From NCBI GenBank assembly GCA_051294375.1, contig CM119269.1, positions 18,116,410-18,180,409 on the forward strand: DNA of 64,000 nucleotides, given 5' to 3'. Both the position numbers and the translations under genes were made by a program. The notes beneath the pieces are model-generated. The model was not told the DNA's origin. It did no database searches and worked only from the letters and a program-made list of their open reading frames with translations. The DNA comes from Paraspadella gotoi (Eukaryota > Animalia > Chaetognatha). Positions 13,801 through 54,667 of the stretch are shown here, piece after piece. Each line of letters starts with the position of its first letter. The stretch's first letter is position 1.

Positions 13801-16800
13801 GGAGTTGTCATCGGGATCCAGACGGGCACGTTGTTGTTTGTTGTTGTCATTGTTATTCCAGACGCCGTAAGTATAAGGAGAAGGCGGCTGCGTCGTAACA
13901 GCAGGAATCCAACCGCCGCCGCCGCCGCCGCCGCCCCACTGCGGCGGGACTTTGACGTCAGCAGATAACCGCCTTCCGTCGTCTCGGAGCCCAGGGAATG
14001 ACCGATGGAGACGGTACCAACAAGGACTACGGGCGGGGATGGGCCAAGGGGAACTTCGGACGGAACCGGATTCAAGATGGAGACCATCCGTTGTCGTTAT
14101 CCGGAAAACCCATCCAGAGTCACCTCCTCCTCTCCTCCTCCTCCTCCTAAACTCCATCTCCCGTCGTCCGGTTTTAACCCGTCGTCATTTTTCCATCCTC
14201 CTCCTCCTCTTCCTCCTCCTCCCACTTCTCCCTCGCCACTCCCCACCCTCCTTCCAACTCCGGCCTCAAGTCTCCGTCCTCCGCGGGCGGGATGTGCTTG
14301 GAGGTGAGTCCTTCTGTCGAGCGCTTCCCTGACGGCGCGGACTAGCGGGTAGCGCCCCTCGCCGCAGAAGACGCCGTTGAAGTCGTCGAGGTCGAGCGCC
14401 CACACCATGGCGCCGCCGAGGGCCATCTCGTTTAAGTAGGCCACCTTTTTATTATAGGGGGGATGAGGTTGGTGGAAAGAATAAGTGGGAGATGTAGGAA
14501 ACTCGCGATCTTTTAATTTATACTAAAATAAACACCAAAGGCGTTGCTAGGAGAGTCTTAAAACTTATTTGCTTATTACAGTTCGAAAAATACTGTTTTT
14601 ATAACGGAGAAATATCGTTAAATGAAGGAAACCATTAGAAACTATTGTGCTTTGAATTATTTTTTTTCTCCGAGAATTAAAAATAAATTTTTACATTTAA
14701 CAATTTTTTCTTTATCATTTCCATGGACCATGGTATATTTTTTGTGATGATTACTTAATGTATTAATTTCCGCAGTGGATTGAGATTCATCCGCTGTACC
14801 TTTCCCTTCCTTACCTTTCTCATCAGCTGCCTCCGATCGTCGTAGGCGATCCACTGGTCCCCTCGATGGATGTAGCAGGATCCCTGTTTCTCCGAGTTGA
14901 TGAAGCTCCACCCTTTGTCATTTTTAATCCTCGAGCAATTTCGTAATAAGATAGGAACCCTTCGCTCCTCGTGAAGGAACCCTCGTCGCCTGGACCGGAT
15001 GCCGGCGCGCCCACCGTGTGCCGGCGTCTGTCTTGAGAGTAAAGGTCCGACCGTAAGTTGCCAGGCCGAGAATGAGCTCTCTCGAGGCACTCCCCGGGAA
15101 AGCCAGCGGTCCACCGCCCAACGCACCGTTAAAGTGTCGGAATCGTCGTCGTAGCTGAAGTAAAAGGTTGCTCTTTTTTTCTTAATTTTTCTGAATCTGA
15201 TTGTATTGTAGATTCAGTTTGAAAAATTACTACCAGAAAATAAAAATGATAAAAGTTTCATCTAGGCAAAGCGACAACGTACCCCGTCAGCGGCGAGTTA
15301 AACCCTGTGACATCCTCCAGCTTCCGTGCAGATCGTACGCCATCAAACGCCACGTAGTCCAGCAGCGGTGCCAACTGTTTGATGTTGTACCCGTTGTTGA
15401 TGGTGTCGGAGCCGGTCCCACCGCCGCCGCGAGCAAGAGCCGCGGGCGCCCTGACTCTCGCTCTCCTCTTCGAAGCGGCGGGCAGAATTCTCAGCAGGAT
15501 GGGAATCTGGGAGCGGGATAATTAGAGTCTAATTTTGACGGACATGAGACTAATTTAGCGAAAAATAGAACAAAATAAAAAATAAAATGCGTATGTATGT
15601 ATTATATTAATTTTTCTAAACTACTAGAATTTTAGAAATCTCAATTGAAATTTATTTTTAATTTTTTTATAATTTTTTAATTTAATAGTTTTTAGTCGGA
15701 ACTCTGTTTCCTGTTCTTTTCACTTATCTCCCCATCACATCCTCACCTCTCCTTGTCCGAATCAGCGCCGCCTCTCTCCACCGACCCCGGGTATTCCCAA
15801 TCGATGCCAACCCGTCGAAACCGAATTGGCGCAGAACGACGCCGCTCGTTCCGGCGAATCTCCTCATGGCGGCGCGCGAAGAGACGAGGCGCGTGAAGGG
15901 CTTCCCGCCGTGGTTCCATCCGCCGACCGCGAGGAGAACCTGGCCGAGGTAAGTTTTAGTGGTAAGGTGAGGAATTTTAAGGAGAGCGGATGAAGCAAAT
16001 TAAAAAATAATAAATAAATAATTGAATGAATGAAGAAATTAAGTAAAGAAAGGAGAATGCGGAAAAAAAAAAAAAAGTTATAAGTTTAAGATAAAACCTA
16101 TGAAGCCAAATAAAACAACGAAACAAAACAAGAAGAATTACATTATGGCAGAAATTACATATACGTTACTTACAAACTATTCAAAGCATCGTGAATAGAA
16201 AACAAATTCTGAATGAAGCGTGAATTGGAAATGCAGCACCAACCAACCTTCATCCCCGGGTTACGCTTCCGCAGCGCCAGCACCCGCTCGATACACCCTT
16301 TGTCAACAGCCCATTCGCCGGGCACCTCGGCGTCGTTCCATTCGTAGGGCTGCAGCACCCCGTCCTCGATCTTAGCGAAGGCATAGTGAATGTGAGTGCA
16401 CAGTCCGGGGTCACGTCCTCGGCAAAACTTGCCCTTGGCCGGGCGTACTGAGCCCAATTGGTGTAGTAACATATCAGTTTGGGCTTGGACATGGAGGCCG
16501 AGACGGGCCGCCCATGGACATGGAGCCGGAGGCCGAACCCGAAACGGACCTGGCAACCGGGGCGGAGTAGCGGAAAGCGGCAGGGCGCGCGCGACGACGC
16601 CGGATCGATGACGAAGCCTTGCGACGGCAAGGAAAAAGTAGTTTATGGAGAAGGAAGAGGATGAGTGATAAGGGCGATCATTTAACGATTTTGACGAGAG
16701 AAGTCGCCGCTTCGAATTACGCTAAACAAAGTGACTTGCTCTTTTTTTAGTTATATATCGTTTTTGTCGTGACTTTTATTGAATTATTTCGTCGCGTTTA

Positions 16801-18014
16801 CAATTTATTAAATTAGTTTTCGTTAAATGTGTATTTGAGTCTTTTTCATAGGGTTTTTTTTTTATGGCTTGTTTTTCGTTGTTTTACAAAAAGACGCTGG
16901 CTCCGCCTCTTATGGTTTTTCTCGTTTGTCTTTTGTTTCTAATCCCGCTTCTGTTTACGTTAACTCCTTTCGGCTTAACATTTTGGCGCGAGAGAAGAGA
17001 AGCGACGATGAATCCAAAGATCTTAAAGACCGAGTCCGCGCGCGCGTTCGGGCGTGCGCGCCGTTTGCGGCGATTGCGGTGCCGCTGCACTTTATTCGGC
17101 GCAATCTGCTGTTTTGTCTTTTTTTCGATTTGTTTTCTTTTTTTTCTAGCGGTCGTTGGTTTCGTTGGGAGCGCAGCTTTTTTGAAATCGTCAATTACTT
17201 GAAGTTATTTTTGAAGCTTAGTATCTCAATGTGACAAATCTTGACGCCAGCCGTGATCCGAGTTTCGATTGGTGACATTCGAAGCGGGAATCTTTATGTT
17301 TGACGTTTACATTAAAATTTACCGCTTTCTATCGAAATAAAAGAAGAGTAAGCGATTTTCAAGTTGAAGGTTAATCCACGAAAAATATACGGCGTCAAGT
17401 ATCCTGAATACTGTAGTTTGAATGGTGTCTGCCGTACATTTGCAGTTGCCGTAGTAACAGTTATCTCACTGATACTCCGTCGGTGTAGCACATACTGATG
17501 GCGTCTATGTATTTAAATTATTTTTTTAAACGAATGTTAAATCATAAAAAAAAATAATGTAAAAAATAAACAGAAGGAAAAAAGTACATTGAAAATTGAA
17601 ATATTTATTTATCAAGAGTTTTAATTTAAATGTTTGTTTTTTTCTCTCTCTTTTTTTTTGTTTCTTTAAAATATCGTTCAACGATACAAAATCTCCTTGA
17701 AAAATTGAAATGCCAAAAGAATGGTGCTTGGTTCTGCCCAGAGCCCGACAGACCTACAGGCTGGAACTGAAGAGCGAGAAAGACCAAAAAAAAGAACAAG
17801 AGAAGATAGAAACTGGGTAAAAAAAAAGTTACAACTGACAAAGAATAAAATAAAAAACATTGAAAAAAAGAGACAATGGGTTTGCCAGTTCTGAAAGGAT
17901 GTTGTATTTGCAAAGTCCGTATATAGAGGAAAAAAAAGAAATAAGTAAAAAAGACTGAAAAAATAAAAAAAAAGGAGAAAGAAAGAAAGATGAAAGAAAG
18001 AAAGAAAGAAAGAA

Positions 18015-18078
<64 letters not shown>

Positions 18079-18242
18079 ATAAAAGAAGGGAAGAAAAAAA
18101 ACCCAAAATTGAAAAGTAAAATGAAAAAAAAAAACAACAAATTTACAAAGAAAAAAAATAATAAAAAGTTTTTTTCTTTTGCAAGTTGACGAGTAAGTAA
18201 GTGAACATTACTCGGTGAGGAAACGAAAAAATCGTGAATGAG
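10825..18242 (-). repeat. Left arm of a ~7.4-kb inverted duplication (mirror of ~18622-26019); probable assembly artefact
   Basis: Reverse-complement identity is followed end to end, differing mostly by 1-2 bp indels. The centre holds a (GA)n spacer and a 25-N gap. Confidence 0.9.
12704..16681 (-). pseudogene. Frameshifted mirror copy of the chitinase gene (low-quality duplicate or pseudogene)
   Basis: Same exons as 20159-24167 but broken into many ORF fragments by small indels, including within the [10 protein letters not shown] codons near 15790-15820. Confidence 0.75.
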
Positions 18243-18270
18243 AAGACAGAGAGAAGAGAGAGAGAGACGA

Positions 18271-18334
<64 letters not shown>

Positions 18335-18474
18335 GAAGAGTAAGTCATTCATCGCCGGGTTGAAAGGGAAAGAGGCCTTACTTCCATCTCCCAGGGTGAG
18401 GGATAGAATAAAGGAATCGAATTGGAAACTCGAACCGGGGAACGATGTGTGAGTGTTTTGTGTGTGAGAGAGGA

Positions 18475-18529
<55 letters not shown>

Positions 18530-18806
18530 GAGAGAGAGAGAGAGAGAGATTCTGTCTTCTTGTTTCACTTTCCCATGTTACTTCACACCCTTCANNNNNN
18601 NNNNNNNNNNNNNNNNNNNCTCCATTCACGATTTTTTCGTTTCCTCACCGAGTAATGTTCACTTACTTACTCGTCAACTGCAAAAGAAAAAAACTTTTTA
18701 TTATTTTTTTTCTTTGTAAATTTGTTGTTTTTTTTTTTCATTTTTACTTTTCAATTTTTGGGTTTTTTTTCTTCCCTTCTTTTATTCTTTCTTTCTTTCT
18801 TTCTTT

Positions 18807-18850
<44 letters not shown>

Positions 18851-20158
18851 TTCTTTCTTTCTTTCTTTCTTTCAGTCTTTCTTTCTTTCTCCTTTTTTTA
18901 TTATTTTTTCAGTCTTTTTACTTATTTCTTTTTTCCTCTATATACGGACTTTGCAAATACAACATCCTTTCAGAACTGCAAACCCATTGTCTCTTTTTTT
19001 CAATGTTTTTATTTTATTCTTTGTCAGTTGTAACTTTTTTTTTACCCAGTTTTCTATCTTCTCTTGTTCTTTTTTTTGGTCTTCTCGCTCTTCAGTTCCA
19101 GCCTGTAGGTCTGTCGGGCTCTTGGGCAGAACCAAGCACCATTCTTTTGGCATTTCAATTTTTCAAGGAGATTTTGTATCGTTGAACGATATTTAAAGAA
19201 ACAAAAAAAAGAGAGAGAAAAAAACAAACATTTAAATTAAAAACTCTTGATAAATAAATATTTCAATTTTCAATGTACTTTTTTCCTTCTGTTTATTTTT
19301 TACCTATATTTTTTTTATGATTTAACATTCGTTTAAAAAAATAATTTAATATACATAGACGCCATCAGTATGTGCTACCACCGACGGAGTATCAGTGAAT
19401 AACTGTACTACGGCAACTGCAAATGTACGGCAGACACCATTCAAACTACAGTATTCAGGATACTTGACGCCGTATATTTTTCGTGGATTAACCTTCAACT
19501 TGAAAATCACTGACTCTTCTTTTATTTCGATAGAAAGCGGTAAATTTTAATGTAAACGTCAAACATAAAGATTCACGCTTCGAATGTCACCATCGAAACT
19601 CGGATCACGGCTGGCGTCAAGATTTGTCACATTGAGATACTAAGCTTCAAAATAACTTCAGTAAATTGACGATTCAAAAAAGCTCGCTCCAACGAAACCA
19701 ACGCCGCTAGAAAACAAAAGAAAAACAAATCGAAAAACAGACAAAACAGCAGATGCGCGAATAAAGTGCAGCGGCACCGCAATCGCCGCAAACGGCGCCG
19801 CCGCCGACTCGGTCTTTAAGATCTTTGGATTCATCGTCGCTTCTTTCTCTCGCGCCAAAATGTTAAGCCGAAAGGAGTTAACGTAAACAGAAGCGGGATT
19901 AGAAACAAAAGACAAACGAGAAAAACCATAAGAGGCGGAGCCAGCGTCTTTTTGTAAAACAAACGAAAAACAAGCCATAAAAAAAAACCCCTATGAAAAA
20001 GACTCAAAATACAACTTAACGAAAACTAATTTATAAATTGTAAAGCGACGAAATAATCAATAAAAGTCACGACAAAAACGATATATAACTAAAAAAAGAG
20101 CAAGTCACTTTGTTTAGCGTAATTCGAAGCGGCGACTTCTCTCGTCAAAATCGTTAAC

Positions 20159-23100
20159 ATGATCGCCTTATCACTCATCCTCTTCCTTCTCCATAAACTA
20201 CTTTTTCCTTGGCCGTCGCAAGGCTTCGTCATCGATCCCGGCGTCGTCGGCCGCGGCGCCCCTGCCGCTTTCCGCTACTCCGCCCCGGTTGCCAGGTCCG
20301 TTTCCGGGTTCGGCTCCGGCTCCATGTCCATGGGCGGGCCCGTCTCGGCCTCCATGTCCAAGCCCAAACTGATATGTTACTACACCAATTGGGCTCAGTA
20401 CCGCCCGGCCAAGGGCAAGTTCTTGCCCGAGGACGTTGACCCCGGACTGTGCACTCACATTCACTATGCCTTCGCTAAGATCGAGGACGGGGTGCTGCAG
20501 CCCTACGAATGGAACGACGCCGAGGTGCCCGGCGAATGGGCTGTTGACAAAGGGATGTACGAGCGGGTGCTGGCGCTGCGGAAGCGTAACCCGGGGATGA
20601 AGGTTGGTTGGTGCTGCATTTCCAATTCACGCTTCATTCAGAATTTGTTTTCTATTCACGATGCTTTGAATAGTTTGTAAGTAACGTATATGTAATTCTG
20701 CCATAATGTAATTCTTCTTGTTTTGTTTCGTTGTTTTATTTGGCTTCATAGGTTTTATCTTAAACTTGAAGCAATAACCTTTTGTTTTTTTTTCCGCATT
20801 CTCCTTTCTTTACTTAATTTCTTCATTCATTCAATTATTTATTTATTATTTTTAATTTGCTTCATCCGCTCTCCTTAAAATTCCTCACCTTACCACTAAA
20901 ACTTACCCGGCCAGGTTCTCCTCGCGGTCGGCGGATGGAACCACGGCGGGAAGCCCTTCACGCGCCTCGTCTCTTCCGGCGCCGCCATGAGGAGATTCGC
21001 GGAACGAGCGGCGTCGTTTCTGCGCCAATTCGGTTTCGACGGGTTGGACATCGATTGGGAATACCCGGGGTCGGTGGAGAGAGGCGGCGCGGATTCGGAC
21101 AAGGAGAGGTGAGGATGTGATGGGGAGATAAGTAAAAGAACAGGAAACAGAGTTCCGACTAAAAACTATTAAATTAAAAAATTAAAAAATTAAAAATAAA
21201 TTTCAATTGAGATTTCTAAAAATTCTAGTAGTTTAGAAAAATTAATATAATACATACATACGCATTTTATTTTTTATTTTGTTCTATTTTTCGCTAAATT
21301 AGTCTCATGTCCGTCAAAATTAGACTCTAATTATCCCGCTCCCAGATTTCCCATCCTGCTGAGAATTCTGCGCCGCCGCTTCGAAGAGGAGAGCCGAGAG
21401 TCAGGGCGCCCGCGGCTCTTGCTCGCGGCGGCGGTGGGAGCCGGCTCCGACACCATCAACAACGGGTACAACATCAAACAGTTGGCACCGCTGCTGGACT
21501 ACGTGGCGTTGATGGCGTACGATCTGCACGGAAGCTGGGAGGATGTCACAGGGTTTAACTCGCCGCTGACGGGGTACGTGTCGCTTTGCCTAGATGAAAC
21601 TTTTATCATTTTTATTTTCTGGTAGTAATTTTTCAAACTGAATCTACAATACAATCAGATTCAGAAAAATTAAGAAAAAAAGAGCAACCTTTACTTCAGC
21701 TACGACGACGATTCCGACACTTTAACGGTGCGTTGGGCGGTGGACCGCTGGCTTTCCGGGGGAGTGCCTCGAGAGAAGCTCATTCTCGGCCTGGCAACTT
21801 ACGGTCGGACCTTTACTCTCAAAGACAGACGCCGGCACACGGTGGGCGCGCCGGCATCCGGTCCAGGCGACGAGGGTTCCTTCACGAGGAGCGAAGGGTT
21901 CCTATCTTATTACGAAATCTGCTCGAGGATTAAAAATGACAAAGGGTGGAGCTTCATCAACTCGGAGAAACAGGGATCCTGCTACATCCATCGAGGGGAC
22001 CAGTGGATCGCCTACGACGATCGGAGGCAGCTGATGAGAAAGGTAAGGAAGGGAAAGGTAAAGCGGATGAATCTCAATCCACTGCGGAAATTAATACATT
22101 AAGTAATCATCCAAAAAATATACCATGGTCCATGGAAATGATAAAGAAAAATTGTTAAATGTAAAATTTATTTTTAATTCTCGAGAAAAAAAATAATTCA
22201 AAGCACAATAGTTTCTAATGGTTTCCTTCATTTAACGATATTTTCTCCGTTTATAAACAACAGTATTTTTCGAACTGTAATAAGCAAATAAGTTTTAAGA
22301 CTCTCCTAGCAACGCCTTGGTGTTTATTTTAGTATAAATTAAAAGATCGCGAGTTTCCTACATCTCCCACTTATTCTTTCCACCAACCTCAATCCCCCCT
22401 CATAATAAAAAGGTGGCCTACTTAAACGAGATGGCCCTCGGCGGCGCCATGGTGTGGGCGCTCGACCTCGACGACTTCAACGGCGTCTTCTGCGGCGAGG
22501 GGCGCTACCCGCTCGTCCGCGCCGTCAGGGAAGCGCTCGACGAAGGACTCACCTCCAAGCACATCCCGCCCGCGGAGGACGGAGACTTGAGGCCGGAGTT
22601 GGAAGGAGGGTGGGGAGTGGGCGAGGGAGAAGTGGGAGGAGGAAGAGGAGGAGGAGGAGGAGGATGGAAAAATGACGACGGGTTAAAACCGGACGACGGG
22701 AGATGGAGTTTAGGAGGAGGAGGAGGAGGAGGAGGAGGTGACTCTGGATGGGTTTTTCCGGATAACGACAACGGATGGTCTCCATCTTGGAATCCGGTTC
22801 CGTCCGAAGTTCCCCTTGGCCCATCCCCGCCCGTAGTCCCTTGGGTACCGTCTCCATCGGTCATTCCCTGGGGCTCCGAGACGACGGAAGGCGGTTATCT
22901 GCTGACGTCAAAGTCCCCGCCGCAGTGGGGCGGCGGCGGCGGCGGCGGCGGTTGGATTCCTGCTGTTACGACGCAGCCGCCTTCTCCTTATACTTACGGC
23001 GTCTGGAATAACAATGACAACAACAACAACAACGTGCCCGTCTGGATCCCGATGACAACTCCGCCGTCGAGGGAATGGTCGGTCTGGACGCCGCCGACTC

Positions 23101-24167
23101 CGCCGCCAACGCTACCGCCTACTCCGCCGCCGACGCTACCGCCTACTCCGCCGCCGACTTTCGGCGTTTGGACCGTCAACGATTGGCCGTCACCATCTTC
23201 GTCGCCGTCGCCTTCTCGTCCTTCATTCGCTTTCGGAACCGAAAGCGGCGTTGGGGATGGCGGCGGCGGCGGCTTCGGAATCACAACCGAGTCAAGAAAA
23301 ACGACGCCGGGAGCCGTTTGGACGGTGAGGAATTTCGGTGGGTGGACGACGACGCCTCCGCCGCCGACGACTCGAACCTACGGAGTCTGGACGATGGATC
23401 CGTCGCCAGGATCTGGGGGTGGTGGCGACGCCGTCGGTCGTCCATTCACGCCTTTTCCGATCGGCGCGCCCACAGTGGTCTTTAAACCGGGAGAATACGA
23501 CGATTCAGCCTTCACTAAAAATCCCGGCGTCTTTTATCCGAACAACAACAACAACGGCGCGGGCGATTGGCCGACGCCGACTTTCCCGCCGGCGTCAGTC
23601 GAGACTCCCAACTACGATTACGTCGTCGTCTATGACGGCGACCCTTTTGCCGACGACAACGCCGCCGAAGTCACGACGGAGAGCGAGGTTGTCTACAATT
23701 ATATCTATGACTACACCAGCCCCTCCTACGACAACAACAACAAAGACGACGACGAACGCCATTTTTTTCGTTACGCCGACGACAAAGGAGAATGGGTACG
23801 GGTATTTCCAGCCAATCCTTTACCCAATCGAATGATGGCGGCGCTGAGGTCGACGACGACGCCGCCACAGCCGCCGCCGACGCCGCGACGAAACTCCAAA
23901 GACGGCATCGAACGTTACACGAAGGATTCCGGAAACGCCGTCGCCGACGATGGAAAAGGCCGTCCTCTATGCCGGAACAGATTCCAAACGGCGTTACTTC
24001 CGGTGCCGGGCGATTGCGGCGCCTTTTACCAGTGCGTGCACGCGGGGACGCCGGCGGCGCGTGCCCGACGGGTCTCGTGCCCGCGCGGACTTCATTTCAG
24101 CCCTTGGTCGAGGGTGTGCGATTGGCCGCGGAACGCCGGATGCAGAGCGGATGATCCGTTGACGTGA
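20159..24167 (+). CDS. Secreted GH18 chitinase with long P/T/G/W-rich linker and C-terminal CBM14 (peritrophin-A) domain; exons 20159-20602, 20915-21108, 21346-21573, 21700-22042, 22413-24167
   Basis: Signal peptide; [10 protein letters not shown]; CTHIHYAFA; LLAVGGWN; intact catalytic [11 protein letters not shown]; MAYDLHGSW; [14 protein letters not shown]; six-Cys C-terminal domain (C..DC..FYQC..CP.GLHF....VCDWP..AGC). Canonical phase-matched introns. Confidence 0.95.
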
Positions 24168-24932
24168 AATTCCTTCCTTCCTTCGTCGTCGTCGATTGAT
24201 TTCGTTCGATTCGTTTAGTATAATTGTTTGTTTTTTCTGACATTAATGCTTTTGTTTTTTAGTTTCTTTGTTTTTTTTTTCTTTGTTTCTTTTTGTTCGG
24301 GCTTAAAATCGGTGTTGAATTTCAATAGTACCTCATTAAATCAATAATTTTTTGTACCATATGTATAGTACAAATGATACATTATATTAATGATATCACC
24401 TTTAATTTGTAAAATAATTGTACAGTGGGATGCTGTAGGAGAATATTTTTTTTTCTTACCGACTAAATTTAGATTTGTGCCTTCCGATGTTTATTTTCGA
24501 TACACATGCGATATTTATGACTAATTAGAACATCACATAATGGCCCAATTTAATTATCGGAAATTTTAATGAAACTTGATAGCAAAAATGATGGAAAAAT
24601 GATAGCAAAAATGATGAATAATCCTAGCAGCGAGAGAGAGAGAGTCGGCAACAAAACACGCTGAAATTTCCGTTCCTTTTTTTTAGTTACGTTTATTTTC
24701 ATCGAATTCTCAGTAATCCTAAACTCTGACAAACAATGGCCGCGGATGTCAATGTCAGCTCCTCTTCTAAAGCAAAATAAAATTAGTGAAAACATTGAAC
24801 AAAAAAAACAAAAAACATTTAGGTCGTATAATTTGTTAAAAAAAAAAGATTTGTCGCTATCAAAAACAGAACAGCCAAAAGGACCCTCTTGCCCCTGAAC
24901 TCTCTTCGCAAACCGCTCCCTCCCCGATTTAA

Positions 24933-53943
<29,011 letters not shown>

Positions 53944-54667
53944 TAGGTCTTTTCGAAGTCGGTTCTCAAATTGACCCGAGCTTCATTGGATTCCGTCGTC
54001 GTTGTCGTTGATGTTTTTTTTTTTGACAACCAAATTTTTTCCAGAAAAACTAAGATGATGTAATTCTCTAAACTTTAAAATTTCGAGTAGAACCTCGATT
54101 CTTTTCGTCTCGTTACAACTGATCCTAAGCTCCAACGTCTCCTTCTGATGTGATTAAAGTGATGATGAAACAACGAAGAAGATTAGTGTAAAACCCTCCA
54201 AGCCGTTACTTAAATTCAAAGTTGTTTTCGTAATCTGTTATTTTTTTTATGCATATTAATCTTTATCTTAATTTGCTTCGTATTAACTATCATCGATTGA
54301 TACGTAACATTATTGCGTCCTCGGACATGGACACATCGCATGATTGTTACTCGTGATAGGAATTCTGCAATTTCCAGATTACTAAACTACGCGTCATATG
54401 TAAAAAAAAAAATAAACAAAATACTCTTTTTAAAACAATTTGATATTACAATTAAAGTTTAACCGTTATCATTTTCGGATCATTAAAATAAGCCTTATCA
54501 GCCTGGGATTTCAACATTCGTTCCCTTGATCTTAAATAGATTTAAACAAGTTTTTTTTTCCATTTTTTTTTGGTTTTGTTTTCAACGAATTCTCGAAATT
54601 TGTTTTAAGACAAAAAATAAAAAAAATAAAAAAATAAAAATAAAAAGAGAAAAATATAACTAACGAT

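Noticed and set aside
16864-17234. GC-richer ORFs upstream of the chitinase (mirror at 19658-19978)
   Set aside because: Frames differ between the two arms, there is no recognisable domain, and no splice model fits. Likely promoter or UTR.
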